Program-made: the position numbers and the translations under genes
The notes under the pieces: model-generated
Told to the model about the DNA's origin: nothing
Database searches by the model: none
The model's input: the letters and a program-made list of their open reading frames with translations, nothing else
Shown here: positions 19,453 through 28,783 of the stretch, piece by piece
Numbering within the stretch: the first letter of the stretch is position 1
Layout of the letters: each line of letters opens with the position of its first letter
IMG/VR virus record: IMGVR_UViG_3300008952_001422
Coordinates: 1-64,000 of that record
Length of the DNA stretch: 64,000 nt
Strand: one strand, 5' to 3'
Source: a virus

Positions 19453-19782
19453 ATGAATTGTTTATTAATAGGTTTAGCATTATCTATGCATATGGGATTA
19501 CAAAATGACTATAATCACAATCATCCATATGTTATGTGCGAAAAAGAAGAGATTGTTGCTGGAGCATATTACAATAGTTTAGATAGATGGAGTGGCGTTT
19601 TAGCAAAAAAAGTTAATATATCTGATGATTTGTATGTAGATGTTGGACTTGCTACTGGATATTATAAAGATGTAGTTCCTTTAGTAAGAGTTAGATACAA
19701 GAATATGTTTGTCATGCCAGCATTAGAAGATGAAAGAACTGGAGTAGTAGCAGGGATTCAATTTGATTTTAAGTTAAAATGA
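19453..19782 (+). CDS. Small outer-membrane beta-barrel-like protein (PagP-like)
   Basis: SMH..N..HP, GAYYNS and GLATGY pattern; amphipathic strands. Confidence 0.45.
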   Translation: MNCLLIGLALSMHMGLQNDYNHNHPYVMCEKEEIVAGAYYNSLDRWSGVLAKKVNISDDLYVDVGLATGYYKDVVPLVRVRYKNMFVMPALEDERTGVVAGIQFDFKLK

Positions 19783-19792
19783 AGGAAATAAA

Positions 19793-20326
19793 ATGTTTAC
19801 AAGTTTTGTTATAACACTCATTGAGTGCCTGGAGATTGCGTTTATTACACTGTTAATTTCACAAACTAGTGTTAATAAACAATTAATATACAAATACGGT
19901 GGTCTTGGTCTAATTGGTGGATTATTATCTGCTTATTATTTACATGATATGTTAGAAAACTATGAATGGCTGATGTATGCTATTCTTAGTTCTTTGTTCT
20001 TTTATCTTTTTGTTAAAAACAAGGATATTCAAAAGCATATTAAAGAACACGTAGAGTCCATCACGGGTGCAAGTTCTATAGTATTATTTTCAACTGCATT
20101 CTTTATATATGGTCGAGAAAGTTTTGAGATTTTTAGTAATCTCTTTTTAAATCCTGATGCTAGTTGGTCAGCGGCATTCTGTGCCGTTATATTAGCAATA
20201 TGGCTTTATGTGTTTGCTAGAGATTCTAAGTATACGAGTTATATATTTAAATTTGGATATTGGGCATATCTTGGGTTTGCTTTGTGGTTTGGTTACGAAG
20301 CATTAGAACATTTACACATTCTTTAG
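19793..20326 (+). CDS. FTR1-like iron permease (short)
   Basis: Multi-TM protein with IECLE and GRESFE (RExxE-like) motifs. Confidence 0.6.
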   Translation: MFTSFVITLIECLEIAFITLLISQTSVNKQLIYKYGGLGLIGGLLSAYYLHDMLENYEWLMYAILSSLFFYLFVKNKDIQKHIKEHVESITGASSIVLFSTAFFIYGRESFEIFSNLFLNPDASWSAAFCAVILAIWLYVFARDSKYTSYIFKFGYWAYLGFALWFGYEALEHLHIL

Positions 20327-20333
20327 GAGTAAA

Positions 20334-20861
20334 ATGACACATACAATAGACGAAGTATCAGGAGATTTATATGTTACATGGGACATCTATAATAAAAAGA
20401 TAGAAGACTTAGCAACACAGATATACGAAGACGGTTATGAATTTAATCAAATAGTTTGCATTGCAAAAGGCGGACTAAGGGTAGGAGATGTTTTGGCTCG
20501 TATCTTCGATGTTCCATTTGCAGTAATGTCAGTTGAATCATATCATGGAGAAGGTGTTAAAGACAATCAAGGACAAATTGTATTTGGTAATTCATTAGCA
20601 AAAACATCACCTAATATAGGTTCAAAAGTTTTGCTAGTAGATGATTTAGCAGATACAGGCAGAACACTTAGAAAATGTGTAAAATGGCTAGAACATTATC
20701 ATGGATTTTTTATAGAAGAACTTAAAACTGCTACATTATGGACAAAAGGATTATCAACATTTACTCCAGACTATTATGTAGAGTTTCTACCAAATGACCC
20801 ATGGATACATCAACCATTTGAGAAATACGAAACAATGTTGGTTGAAGAATTAAGAGAGTAA
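20334..20861 (+). CDS. Purine phosphoribosyltransferase
   Basis: IAKGG, LLVDDLADTGRT and WIHQP motifs. Confidence 0.88.
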   Translation: MTHTIDEVSGDLYVTWDIYNKKIEDLATQIYEDGYEFNQIVCIAKGGLRVGDVLARIFDVPFAVMSVESYHGEGVKDNQGQIVFGNSLAKTSPNIGSKVLLVDDLADTGRTLRKCVKWLEHYHGFFIEELKTATLWTKGLSTFTPDYYVEFLPNDPWIHQPFEKYETMLVEELRE

Positions 20862-20863
20862 GA

Positions 20864-21106
20864 ATGACGTTGGAAGAAATATATAGAAAATATGAGAAAT
20901 TAACCTTAGAGATTTGTACAGGAGAAAAAACACATGATAATACATTGGAATGTGCAGGTGCAATGATGGGACAAGCAATGAAGTTGTATAAGTTAGTATT
21001 ATCACCAGAAGATTTTGATGCATTGATGCAGATAATTTCACAGGCATCAGGATTAGATGGTAAGGGATTTGATAAAGACGATTTTGATTCGGGGACATTA
21101 CACTAA
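20864..21106 (+). CDS. Hypothetical protein
   Basis: Operon order. Confidence 0.6.
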   Translation: MTLEEIYRKYEKLTLEICTGEKTHDNTLECAGAMMGQAMKLYKLVLSPEDFDALMQIISQASGLDGKGFDKDDFDSGTLH

Positions 21107-21306
21107 TGAAAAAAGAATGGGATGGACTTAGAAAACAATATGCAGGTATTATTAAGAATTTACTTAATAATGTTGATATTTGCAATGAACGTTATATAAA
21201 AAGTGGTGACGAAGGTTATATGGTTCAACGTAAAGAGTATATCAAAGAGATTGAAAAAATAAAAACGATGATAAAAAAGAAAGAACGTGAATTAGGCTAT
21301 TATTAG
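21106..21306 (+). CDS. Hypothetical protein
   Basis: TAATG coupling. Confidence 0.6.
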   Translation: MKKEWDGLRKQYAGIIKNLLNNVDICNERYIKSGDEGYMVQRKEYIKEIEKIKTMIKKKERELGYY

Positions 21307-21315
21307 GAGAATAAA

Positions 21316-22512
21316 ATGAAAGTATTATGTATATTATATGATGACCCAACAGGTGGAATGCCAACAAGTTATCCACTGTCGGATTTACCAGCAATAGAGA
21401 AATATCCGGACGGTATGACATTACCAAGTCCAAAGGGCAGAGATTTCAATCCAGGTGAATTACTAGGTTGTGTATCAGGTGAATTAGGATTAAGAAAATA
21501 TTTAGAAGAAGAAGGACATACATTAGTCGTTACATCTGATAAAGATGGTGAAGGTTGTACGGCTGATAGAGAATTAGTTGATGCTGATATTGTTATCTCT
21601 CAACCATTTTGGCCTTATTACTTAACAAGAGAAAAGATGGAGTCAGCACCTGACTTGAAGATGGCTATTACTGCCGGCATTGGCTCAGACCATGTAGACT
21701 TAGAAGCGGCTATGGACCATAACATTGATGTAACAGAAGTTACCTATTGTAATAGTAGAAGTGTAGCAGAACATATTGTTATGCAAATCCTTGTTTTAGT
21801 TAGAGATTTTACTACTCAACATAAGATTGTTAACGAAGGTGGATGGCATATTGCTGATGCAGTTTCAAGGTCTTATGATGTAGAAGGTATGCACATAGGA
21901 ACTATTGCGGCAGGTCGTATTGGTTTAGATATGTTAAGAAAGATGAAACCATTTGATGTACATTTACATTACTTTGATAAACATAGATTAAGCAATGAAG
22001 TAGAAACAGAATTAGGTTTAACATATCACGATTCAGTTGAATCTTTAGTTGCAGAATGTGATGTTATTAATATTAGTTGTCCACTTCATCCAGAAACAGA
22101 ACATATGTTCAATGATGAGTTGATTGCTAAATGTAAGCCAGGTGCTTACATAATTAATACAGCACGTGGTAAGATATGTGATAAAGATGCGATTGCTCGT
22201 GCATGTGAGTCAGGTCAATTAAGTGGTTATGCTGGAGACGTTTGGTTTCCACAACCAGCACCGAATGACCATGTATGGAGAACAATGCCTCATCATGGAA
22301 TGACACCACATACTTCAGGTACTTCTTTATCAGCACAAACAAGATATGCTGATGGAGTTAGAGAAATACTAGAATGTTTCTTTGCTGGAGATGAAATAAG
22401 AAATCAATATCTGATTGTTCAAAATGGAGAGTTAGCAGGAATGGGTGCCCATTCATATACTAAAGGAACTGCAACCGGTGGGTCAGAAAAAGCGGCGGAG
22501 TTTAAGAAATGA
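21316..22512 (+). CDS. fdh: NAD-dependent formate dehydrogenase
   Basis: LYDDP..G.P, GELGLR, SQPFWP, GIGSDHVDL, AAGRIG, NTARG, WFPQP and TPHTSG motifs. Confidence 0.95.
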   Translation: MKVLCILYDDPTGGMPTSYPLSDLPAIEKYPDGMTLPSPKGRDFNPGELLGCVSGELGLRKYLEEEGHTLVVTSDKDGEGCTADRELVDADIVISQPFWPYYLTREKMESAPDLKMAITAGIGSDHVDLEAAMDHNIDVTEVTYCNSRSVAEHIVMQILVLVRDFTTQHKIVNEGGWHIADAVSRSYDVEGMHIGTIAAGRIGLDMLRKMKPFDVHLHYFDKHRLSNEVETELGLTYHDSVESLVAECDVINISCPLHPETEHMFNDELIAKCKPGAYIINTARGKICDKDAIARACESGQLSGYAGDVWFPQPAPNDHVWRTMPHHGMTPHTSGTSLSAQTRYADGVREILECFFAGDEIRNQYLIVQNGELAGMGAHSYTKGTATGGSEKAAEFKK

Positions 22513-22691
22513 AAATTAACCCAGTTAGAGAAAAAGCATACAGATTATTGGCTGAGTGTATAAGGTCAGACCAATTATCGGCACGACAAGTACAAGAAGA
22601 AATGGAAGCAGACCCAGAATTTAAAGAGTGGTATCTTAAAACGTACCCACAAAATCAAATGTATAAAATATATAACAGAAAGGACATATAA
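22509..22691 (+). CDS. Hypothetical protein
   Basis: ATGA coupling. Confidence 0.55.
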   Translation: MKINPVREKAYRLLAECIRSDQLSARQVQEEMEADPEFKEWYLKTYPQNQMYKIYNRKDI

Positions 22692-22981
22692 TGAAAAGTA
22701 AATGGTTTAATTGGAATCATTTAAAATCTGCGGATTACTATAGTAATAATATATCACAACGTAAAAATGCAATAGTAGTGTATTTTAAACATATGTATGT
22801 TGGATTTAGAGAAGCAGGTAAACAATTGATATTAGCAATTGCTAGTATCATACACGCAATATTTCCACCATTGTTTGATTTCAAATTACTAGACATAGTA
22901 ATTAATCAAACTATAGGATTATACAAATATCTACCAAACCATCCTAGTTGGAAAAAATTGAAAGATGAACTTAAAGACTAA
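22691..22981 (+). CDS. Hypothetical membrane-associated protein
   Basis: YFKH...IIHAIFP pattern. Confidence 0.6.
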   Translation: MKSKWFNWNHLKSADYYSNNISQRKNAIVVYFKHMYVGFREAGKQLILAIASIIHAIFPPLFDFKLLDIVINQTIGLYKYLPNHPSWKKLKDELKD

Positions 22982-22992
22982 GGAGTAACATC

Positions 22993-23745
22993 ATGGCAAA
23001 AAGATTGTTTAGGGTAGACACCGGTATTAACGGCGGTGAGTTAGTTGTTGGCACTGTTAATGAAGAATTTGTTAAACATTTTATTGATAAAGATGAAGGT
23101 GATTTAATAGATGCTATTGCTAATGCAGAACATGACCCAGAGGAATTTGAAGCATCTGGAATTCCAGAAATATGTGAAGATTTCTGTTCTTGGAGTGAAG
23201 TCGATGACATTGAACATCTTTATGGTGTATATGCAGACACAGAATGGTCATGGGTAGAATTACCAGCAGGAACAAAAGAAGGTTCCAGAGATTCAATGGA
23301 AAACGAATATGAAGGTGAAGTATTTGAACCTTTACATTTACACGACAGAGAAGCATATCACGAAGATAATGATGAACGTAAAGAAGAATACGATGTTGTT
23401 CCTTGTTTAGTATATCATACAGGTGAAAAGGGTGGTATGGGCTGTTGGTTTGTTGAAACTGATGGCGAAGATTTTGACCCTAACAAGTTTTGTTATTCGA
23501 CAGTAGCAACTAATGTTGCTGAAATTGTAGACCAAGCCTGGTACGATAAAGAAGAAGTATATTGCGACCAAAGTTGGTGCGATACTCGGAGCAAAGGCGA
23601 TTGGGTACGAGTAGGTTGGTTCAACAAAGACTGGCACGATACACGAGAACAGAGAGAAGAAGACGAGTATATGTGGGAATTGTATGATGAAAACCTAGAA
23701 GATGCCCGAAAAGAAGAAATAGAGAGAAGTATACTCATCAAATAA
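22993..23745 (+). CDS. Acidic hypothetical protein
   Basis: AGGAG RBS, 250-aa ORF. Confidence 0.75.
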   Translation: MAKRLFRVDTGINGGELVVGTVNEEFVKHFIDKDEGDLIDAIANAEHDPEEFEASGIPEICEDFCSWSEVDDIEHLYGVYADTEWSWVELPAGTKEGSRDSMENEYEGEVFEPLHLHDREAYHEDNDERKEEYDVVPCLVYHTGEKGGMGCWFVETDGEDFDPNKFCYSTVATNVAEIVDQAWYDKEEVYCDQSWCDTRSKGDWVRVGWFNKDWHDTREQREEDEYMWELYDENLEDARKEEIERSILIK

Positions 23746-23749
23746 TCAT

Positions 23750-23824
23750 GTTCGGTTCGTCTATCGGTTAGGACTCCAGGTTTTCATCCTGGCAAGAGGG
23801 GTTCGATTCCCCTACCGAATACCA
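23750..23824 (+). tRNA. tRNA-Glu (TTC)
   Basis: Cloverleaf: acceptor GTTCGGT/ACCGAAT, anticodon arm CCAGG-TTTTCAT-CCTGG, T-loop TTCGATT, encoded CCA. Confidence 0.95.
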
Positions 23825-23914
23825 CTTATGGGAGACATCAATATGCCAAGGAGCCCAATAATTAACCCTCCAGTGCTATAAATCGTCTCCCACCCCACTC
23901 AAAACCCCGAAAAC

Positions 23915-23942
23915 TTGACAAAATAGTGATTTATGCTATAAT
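23915..23942 (+). promoter_or_regulatory. Sigma70-type early promoter
   Basis: TTGACA-N16-TATAAT, TTATGCTATAAT subclass. Confidence 0.8.
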
Positions 23943-23976
23943 AGTTCTATAAATCAATAAAGAAAGGACGTAAAAG

Positions 23977-24192
23977 ATGGGAATGAGCAGTTATGTACTT
24001 GATAATGTAGATAAGTTCTGGGATATTGCAGAAAACACAATTGGTGAATGCGAAAGTCTTCAAGAATTCACAGATAAAATGTTAAAGCACGGAGATTTAC
24101 TTGCAGGTTCAGGTGAAAGTCAATATATTGAAGATAGTCTATATGAAGCATGGCAAGAAAAACAAAGCAAATATGCAGAAATGAGTAATTAA
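23977..24192 (+). CDS. Small acidic early protein
   Basis: AAGGA RBS after early promoter. Confidence 0.7.
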   Translation: MGMSSYVLDNVDKFWDIAENTIGECESLQEFTDKMLKHGDLLAGSGESQYIEDSLYEAWQEKQSKYAEMSN

Positions 24193-24297
24193 TGATTGAA
24201 ATATTTTTAGATGCACCAACAGAATTACAGGCTATTATTCTTTTTGGTATTGTGGCAATAATATGGCATATAATAAAAGAAGGAAAGGATAAACCAT

Positions 24298-24633
24298 ATG
24301 AATAGAACGACAGATGTATATTTTAATGCAGAAGACGTAGGTAAGAAAGTCTATAGAAAAAGAACTTACTATACTTTATGTGTAGAACAAGATGTTTTAG
24401 CATCTAATCCAGATGAGGCAGATGATAAGTTCTTAGAAGGTGGTGGAATAAATCATTCAAACATTGGTAGAGATTTGACAGATGAAAATAAAGGTGTTGA
24501 AACTTATATGGTAGATGCAAATTATTCTGATAGCGAAAATACTGAATTATTAGGTAAAGTAGTTTATGAAGATGATGAATTTGCAAAAGAAGATGGTTTA
24601 GTAGAGTTAGATACTTTAGCAATTGAAGATTAA
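24298..24633 (+). CDS. Small acidic early protein
   Basis: AAGGA RBS; VLASNPDEA pattern. Confidence 0.7.
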   Translation: MNRTTDVYFNAEDVGKKVYRKRTYYTLCVEQDVLASNPDEADDKFLEGGGINHSNIGRDLTDENKGVETYMVDANYSDSENTELLGKVVYEDDEFAKEDGLVELDTLAIED

Positions 24634-24817
24634 AGGATAATAATTGAAAAAAGATTATGAAAAAGAAAAAGAAGTTACATTTTCTGTATCATATACAGGA
24701 TGTGGGATTTAAGATGCTAACTGAATCCCAAGCACGAAAGTATAAAGCAAAACATGGCAATGTGATATGGAATGTACACAAAACAATAGATATTTTACCA
24801 GACTTATTGGAGGTTAA

Positions 24818-25939
24818 ATGATGGATAAGATTACAACATTAGAGCCGTTATATAAACGTGACTCAAAAGGTAAATTACGAATTTGGGAAATCCAATGGGG
24901 ATATTCTGATGATACTGCTGGTACAAGAACTATTAGTGGATTAGTAGATGGCAAAAAAGTTACATCTGGCTGGAACTTTAGTGAGGCAAAGAATGTAGGT
25001 CGTGCTAATGCAACTACTATGATTACTCAAGCAGAATCAGAGGCTAAATCTCAATGGGATATTAAAGCAGAGAAAGAATACTTTAAAGACGTAAAAGATG
25101 TAGATACTTACGACAAGTTTAAGCCTATGTTGGCAAATGATTACAAAAAGACTAAAGTTCCAATTACATCAGGATTTGTTCAACCTAAACTTGATGGAAT
25201 TCGTTGTATTGTGAACAAAAATGGTATGTGGACTAGAAGTGGTAAAGCAATTAACAGTTGCCCACACATTTGGGAATCACTTCAAGGTTTTATGGAACAA
25301 AATCCTCATTATATCTTAGATGGTGAACTTTATAATCACGAACTGAAAGCAGATTTCAATAAAATCATTTCACTTGTTCGAAAAGTTAAAAGTACTCCAG
25401 AAGATATGGAAGAGGCAAAAGGTCTTGTTCAATATCACGTTTATGATATGTTTGATACATCAGCACCAGAAATGACTTTTGTTAATCGTATTAAACAAGC
25501 ACATTGGGCCAATAACGAATATGTAAAGATTGTATCAACTGATTTTTGTGATACACAAGATGAACTTGACGAAAAGTATAGTGAATATATGACAGATGGC
25601 TATGAAGGTCAGATGGTTCGTCAGGATACTCCGTATGAGAACAAAAGAAGTAAGAACTTACTTAAACGTAAACAGTTTATTACAGAAGAATATGACGTTG
25701 TGAGTGTTGAAGAAGGTCAAGGAAACTGGGCCGGATATGCAAAAAGATTTGTATTGAAGTTACCAAATGGAACAGAATTCGGTTCTGGTGTTCGAGGTAA
25801 TCAAGCACAGTTGAAAGAACTTTGGGAAACAGATACAAAACCTACTTGGGCAACATTACGTTATTTTGAAATGACACCTGATGGTATTCCTAGATTTCCA
25901 GTAGTCATTGATTACGGTGTAGGAACACGAAATGATTAA
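24818..25939 (+). CDS. ATP-dependent DNA ligase
   Basis: PMLA, KLDGIR, LDGELY, YEG.M, LLKRK and PRFP motifs. Confidence 0.93.
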   Translation: MMDKITTLEPLYKRDSKGKLRIWEIQWGYSDDTAGTRTISGLVDGKKVTSGWNFSEAKNVGRANATTMITQAESEAKSQWDIKAEKEYFKDVKDVDTYDKFKPMLANDYKKTKVPITSGFVQPKLDGIRCIVNKNGMWTRSGKAINSCPHIWESLQGFMEQNPHYILDGELYNHELKADFNKIISLVRKVKSTPEDMEEAKGLVQYHVYDMFDTSAPEMTFVNRIKQAHWANNEYVKIVSTDFCDTQDELDEKYSEYMTDGYEGQMVRQDTPYENKRSKNLLKRKQFITEEYDVVSVEEGQGNWAGYAKRFVLKLPNGTEFGSGVRGNQAQLKELWETDTKPTWATLRYFEMTPDGIPRFPVVIDYGVGTRND

Positions 25940-25956
25940 ATAAAGAGGAGTATATA

Positions 25957-26790
25957 ATGGTTCGTAGTTCAATTAAAGAGGCATTTCTTACAGAGCCTAA
26001 GTTCACTAAACATATTGCAGATAATGAAGATGTATCGGCTCGATTATTAGAGGCAGTTCGTATAGGAATGGGTGATGATGCGAATATCATTCCAGAAGAT
26101 AGGACAGTTGACGGTAAACGAGTTGATTTAACTATTAATGATAGTGACGGTACAACGATTGCAGTTATCGAGGCACAAGATGCCATAGGTTGGTTGGATT
26201 CTGTCCATGCTTCCAAGATTTCATATTATTGTTATGATAAAGATTGCACAACAGGAATATTAATTTGTGAAGATGCAAGTGAACATATCAAAGAATTCGT
26301 GAAGTATCAAAATGAGAATACAAATTTAGACCTTTGGTTAGTAGTAGCACTTATTTACAAAACAGACACTGGACCTTTTGTTGATTTTCAAGTTATTCAA
26401 CGTCCGTTTGAGTTAAAAGAGAAAATATCAAAAAGAAGTTCAACAACTACAACAGGTCGACATAAGTTTATGGAAGAGACTTGTCTAAAGTTAGAGAAAG
26501 ATAATCCTGGACTATTTACGAATGTTAGTAAATACTACGTGTCAGATAATAATGTTGTATCAAGTATGCCAAGTTTAAATATGGCAATACATCCTAGAGT
26601 GAACAAAGTAAAATTGTCATTCTATCATGCAGGTAAACTTGAAAATGATGAAATGTTTAAAAATATGATGATTAAACATGGTGAAGATAATAACATTGAC
26701 CCACATTTTACTAAAACATATTGTAATTTTCAGTTTGATGATACTGACAAAGCACTTGAAAGTTTTAAAATGTTTAAAGAGGGGTTGTAG
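25957..26790 (+). CDS. Restriction-endonuclease-like protein (NucS/DUF4268-type N-terminus)
   Basis: E..V.GKRVDL...VIEAQ...D..H..K..Y pattern. Confidence 0.55.
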   Translation: MVRSSIKEAFLTEPKFTKHIADNEDVSARLLEAVRIGMGDDANIIPEDRTVDGKRVDLTINDSDGTTIAVIEAQDAIGWLDSVHASKISYYCYDKDCTTGILICEDASEHIKEFVKYQNENTNLDLWLVVALIYKTDTGPFVDFQVIQRPFELKEKISKRSSTTTTGRHKFMEETCLKLEKDNPGLFTNVSKYYVSDNNVVSSMPSLNMAIHPRVNKVKLSFYHAGKLENDEMFKNMMIKHGEDNNIDPHFTKTYCNFQFDDTDKALESFKMFKEGL

Positions 26791-26857
26791 TTCAGTTGGT
26801 TAGAACGTCCGCCTGTCACGCGGAAGGCCGAGGGTTCGAGTCCCTTCAACCCCGCCA
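26781..26857 (+). tRNA. tRNA-Asp (GTC)
   Basis: Acceptor GGGGTTG/CAACCCC, anticodon arm TCCGC-CTGTCAC-GCGGA, T-loop TTCGAGT, CCA end. Confidence 0.95.
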
Positions 26858-26878
26858 ATTAAGGCAAAGGAGTTAGTA

Positions 26879-27499
26879 ATGAATTTTAAAGATATATTGT
26901 TTATGCCTGTTGACATTCCTAAGTTTGACAGATGCTCAGATTTGATAGATGATTTTACTATCGATTGGGAAACTCCCAAAGCCGAGTATGACGTTCGTGG
27001 ACAACTATTTCTGCATAAAAAATCTAACTATGAGATATCAACTCCCAAAGATGAATTGACATCTTCACAGTTGTCGGTAATAGAGTATTGTAAAAAGTAT
27101 TTACCATTCACTGACTACATCAATATTAAAATTCATCATATCCAGAAAACGGGCATGGAGATGCACGTAGATTTTGGTGACCCAACCAAGAATCCAGAGT
27201 TATATAAACATACACAAGAACACGAACCTTGTGGTTTTAGAATGGTCATACAAGGAACAAAATCTGGTGATGTGGCAGTTACTAACAATAATGATGAAAT
27301 AATTGTTCCTAGGATGGCAGAAGATACAGATTGGTATGCTATTAGTCATACTGGAACATTACACGGAACTCCATCGAATATAGATAATATTAAAGATAGA
27401 TATGTATTGTTTGTTCAAGGTTGGGTTGATAAAGAGAAACATGCCGAGTTAATAAGTAAGAGCATAAACAAATATAAAGACTTAATAGTAAAAAAGTAG
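26879..27499 (+). CDS. Putative 2OG-Fe(II)/cupin oxygenase
   Basis: HVD...distal LHG...R pattern. Confidence 0.5.
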   Translation: MNFKDILFMPVDIPKFDRCSDLIDDFTIDWETPKAEYDVRGQLFLHKKSNYEISTPKDELTSSQLSVIEYCKKYLPFTDYINIKIHHIQKTGMEMHVDFGDPTKNPELYKHTQEHEPCGFRMVIQGTKSGDVAVTNNNDEIIVPRMAEDTDWYAISHTGTLHGTPSNIDNIKDRYVLFVQGWVDKEKHAELISKSINKYKDLIVKK

Positions 27500-27553
27500 A
27501 CATTTTAGTCTAAAATACCATATTATTCCCCCCATTATACTAAATATTTTTAA

Positions 27554-27668
27554 GAACTTATGAGTTCGATTAAATTTTGTAGCAACCTTCTATTTGGCAA
27601 GGTGTCAAATACAAGACAATAGCAAATAGAGGACTACTAGCAGTTTGAGGTTCCGGACCTCATAACTG
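27554..27668 (+). ncRNA. Candidate structured non-coding RNA
   Basis: Three nested or adjacent stems in an ORF-free gap (see findings). Confidence 0.5.
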
Positions 27669-27688
27669 TAAAATAAATTTAAAAAGAC

Positions 27689-27717
27689 TTGTATATGTCT
27701 TCTAAATGATGTATAAT
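27689..27717 (+). promoter_or_regulatory. Sigma70-type promoter
   Basis: TTGTAT-N17-TATAAT. Confidence 0.6.
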
Positions 27718-27755
27718 ACTTAATAAGTATAACGTATCTAAAGGAGATATATTTC

Positions 27756-28169
27756 ATGTCGAGTAAAATAAATCTAAGTTCTTATCAAGACTTCGTTGAG
27801 GCTGTTACGAGTGACGAAGCAAATAAACTCACCCCATTCATTAATAGATTAGACGAACTGTCAGACACTACTGATTGTAATATTCCATTGTTTTTGAATA
27901 GTGCTATTGGTATGGCGGCCGAAGGTGGCGAGTTTGCAGAAATTCCAAAGAAAGTATGCTTTCAAGGAAAGCCATTAGATGAAGATACAATATTTCATGC
28001 AAAAAGAGAACTAGGTGATATCATCTGGTATTGGATGAATGCGTGTCGTTCATTGAACTTAGACCCGAATGAAGTGATTGAAGAAAATGTGAATAAATTA
28101 TCATCACGTTATCCTGGTGGAGAGTTTGATGTTCATTATAGTGAAAATCGTAAAGATGGAGATTTATAA
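27756..28169 (+). CDS. MazG-like nucleotide pyrophosphohydrolase
   Basis: GMAAEGGEF, RELGDIIWY and NVNKL..RY motifs. Confidence 0.88.
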   Translation: MSSKINLSSYQDFVEAVTSDEANKLTPFINRLDELSDTTDCNIPLFLNSAIGMAAEGGEFAEIPKKVCFQGKPLDEDTIFHAKRELGDIIWYWMNACRSLNLDPNEVIEENVNKLSSRYPGGEFDVHYSENRKDGDL

Positions 28170-28486
28170 TGTATAGACCATTACCAGATGGAATTACAAT
28201 AGGTAAAAGTGGCATTGACGGTTTAGGAGTTTTCGTAACAAAAGATTTTAAAAAAGATATTGTATTAGGAATAGTTCATGTTGCTAATAAAAATTTTCCA
28301 CATGGACATATAAGAACGGCACTAGGAGCATTTTATAATCATAACGATAATCCAAATTGTGTTGTATTGAATGGCTACTGGCATCAGATACCAGTTAAGT
28401 ATTTGGTAACATCAAAAGATATTAAAGAGGGTGATGAATTAACAGCAAAATATTCATTGTATTCAATTAAAGAGGAAAATTGGTAA
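28169..28486 (+). CDS. SET-domain protein
   Basis: S.IDGLGVF, FYNH..NPNC and DIKEGDELT..Y motifs. Confidence 0.85.
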   Translation: MYRPLPDGITIGKSGIDGLGVFVTKDFKKDIVLGIVHVANKNFPHGHIRTALGAFYNHNDNPNCVVLNGYWHQIPVKYLVTSKDIKEGDELTAKYSLYSIKEENW

Positions 28487-28510
28487 AGATGGAGACTTAT
28501 AAATAGTATT

Positions 28511-28783
28511 ATGGCAGAGTTATTAGAAGATTACGGAAAACTATCAGACGAAGAACTGGATTTAAAAATTGAAGATGTTATGAAGAAGTTAGACATAGCA
28601 TATTCAATGGGTCAAGGTCCGGTCGTTGACCAATTGATATTTCATTTAGAGAATTTGAAATTAGAGTTGGGTGAGAGATTAGAAAAGCAAAGATTTGGTA
28701 TTATTTCAGACAAAACACCAGAACAGTATAACATCACTGACGATGAGTTAAAGTCTAGTGAAGAAAGCAAGGATGAAACGTAG
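28511..28783 (+). CDS. Hypothetical coiled-coil protein
   Basis: ORF directly after TATAAATA at 28498. Confidence 0.65.
   Translation: MAELLEDYGKLSDEELDLKIEDVMKKLDIAYSMGQGPVVDQLIFHLENLKLELGERLEKQRFGIISDKTPEQYNITDDELKSSEESKDET

Noticed and set aside
9197-22512. Host chromosomal contamination as the source of housekeeping genes
   Set aside because: The genes are interleaved with phage-type ORFs, share the same promoter motifs and codon-level site avoidance, and lack bacterial operon context
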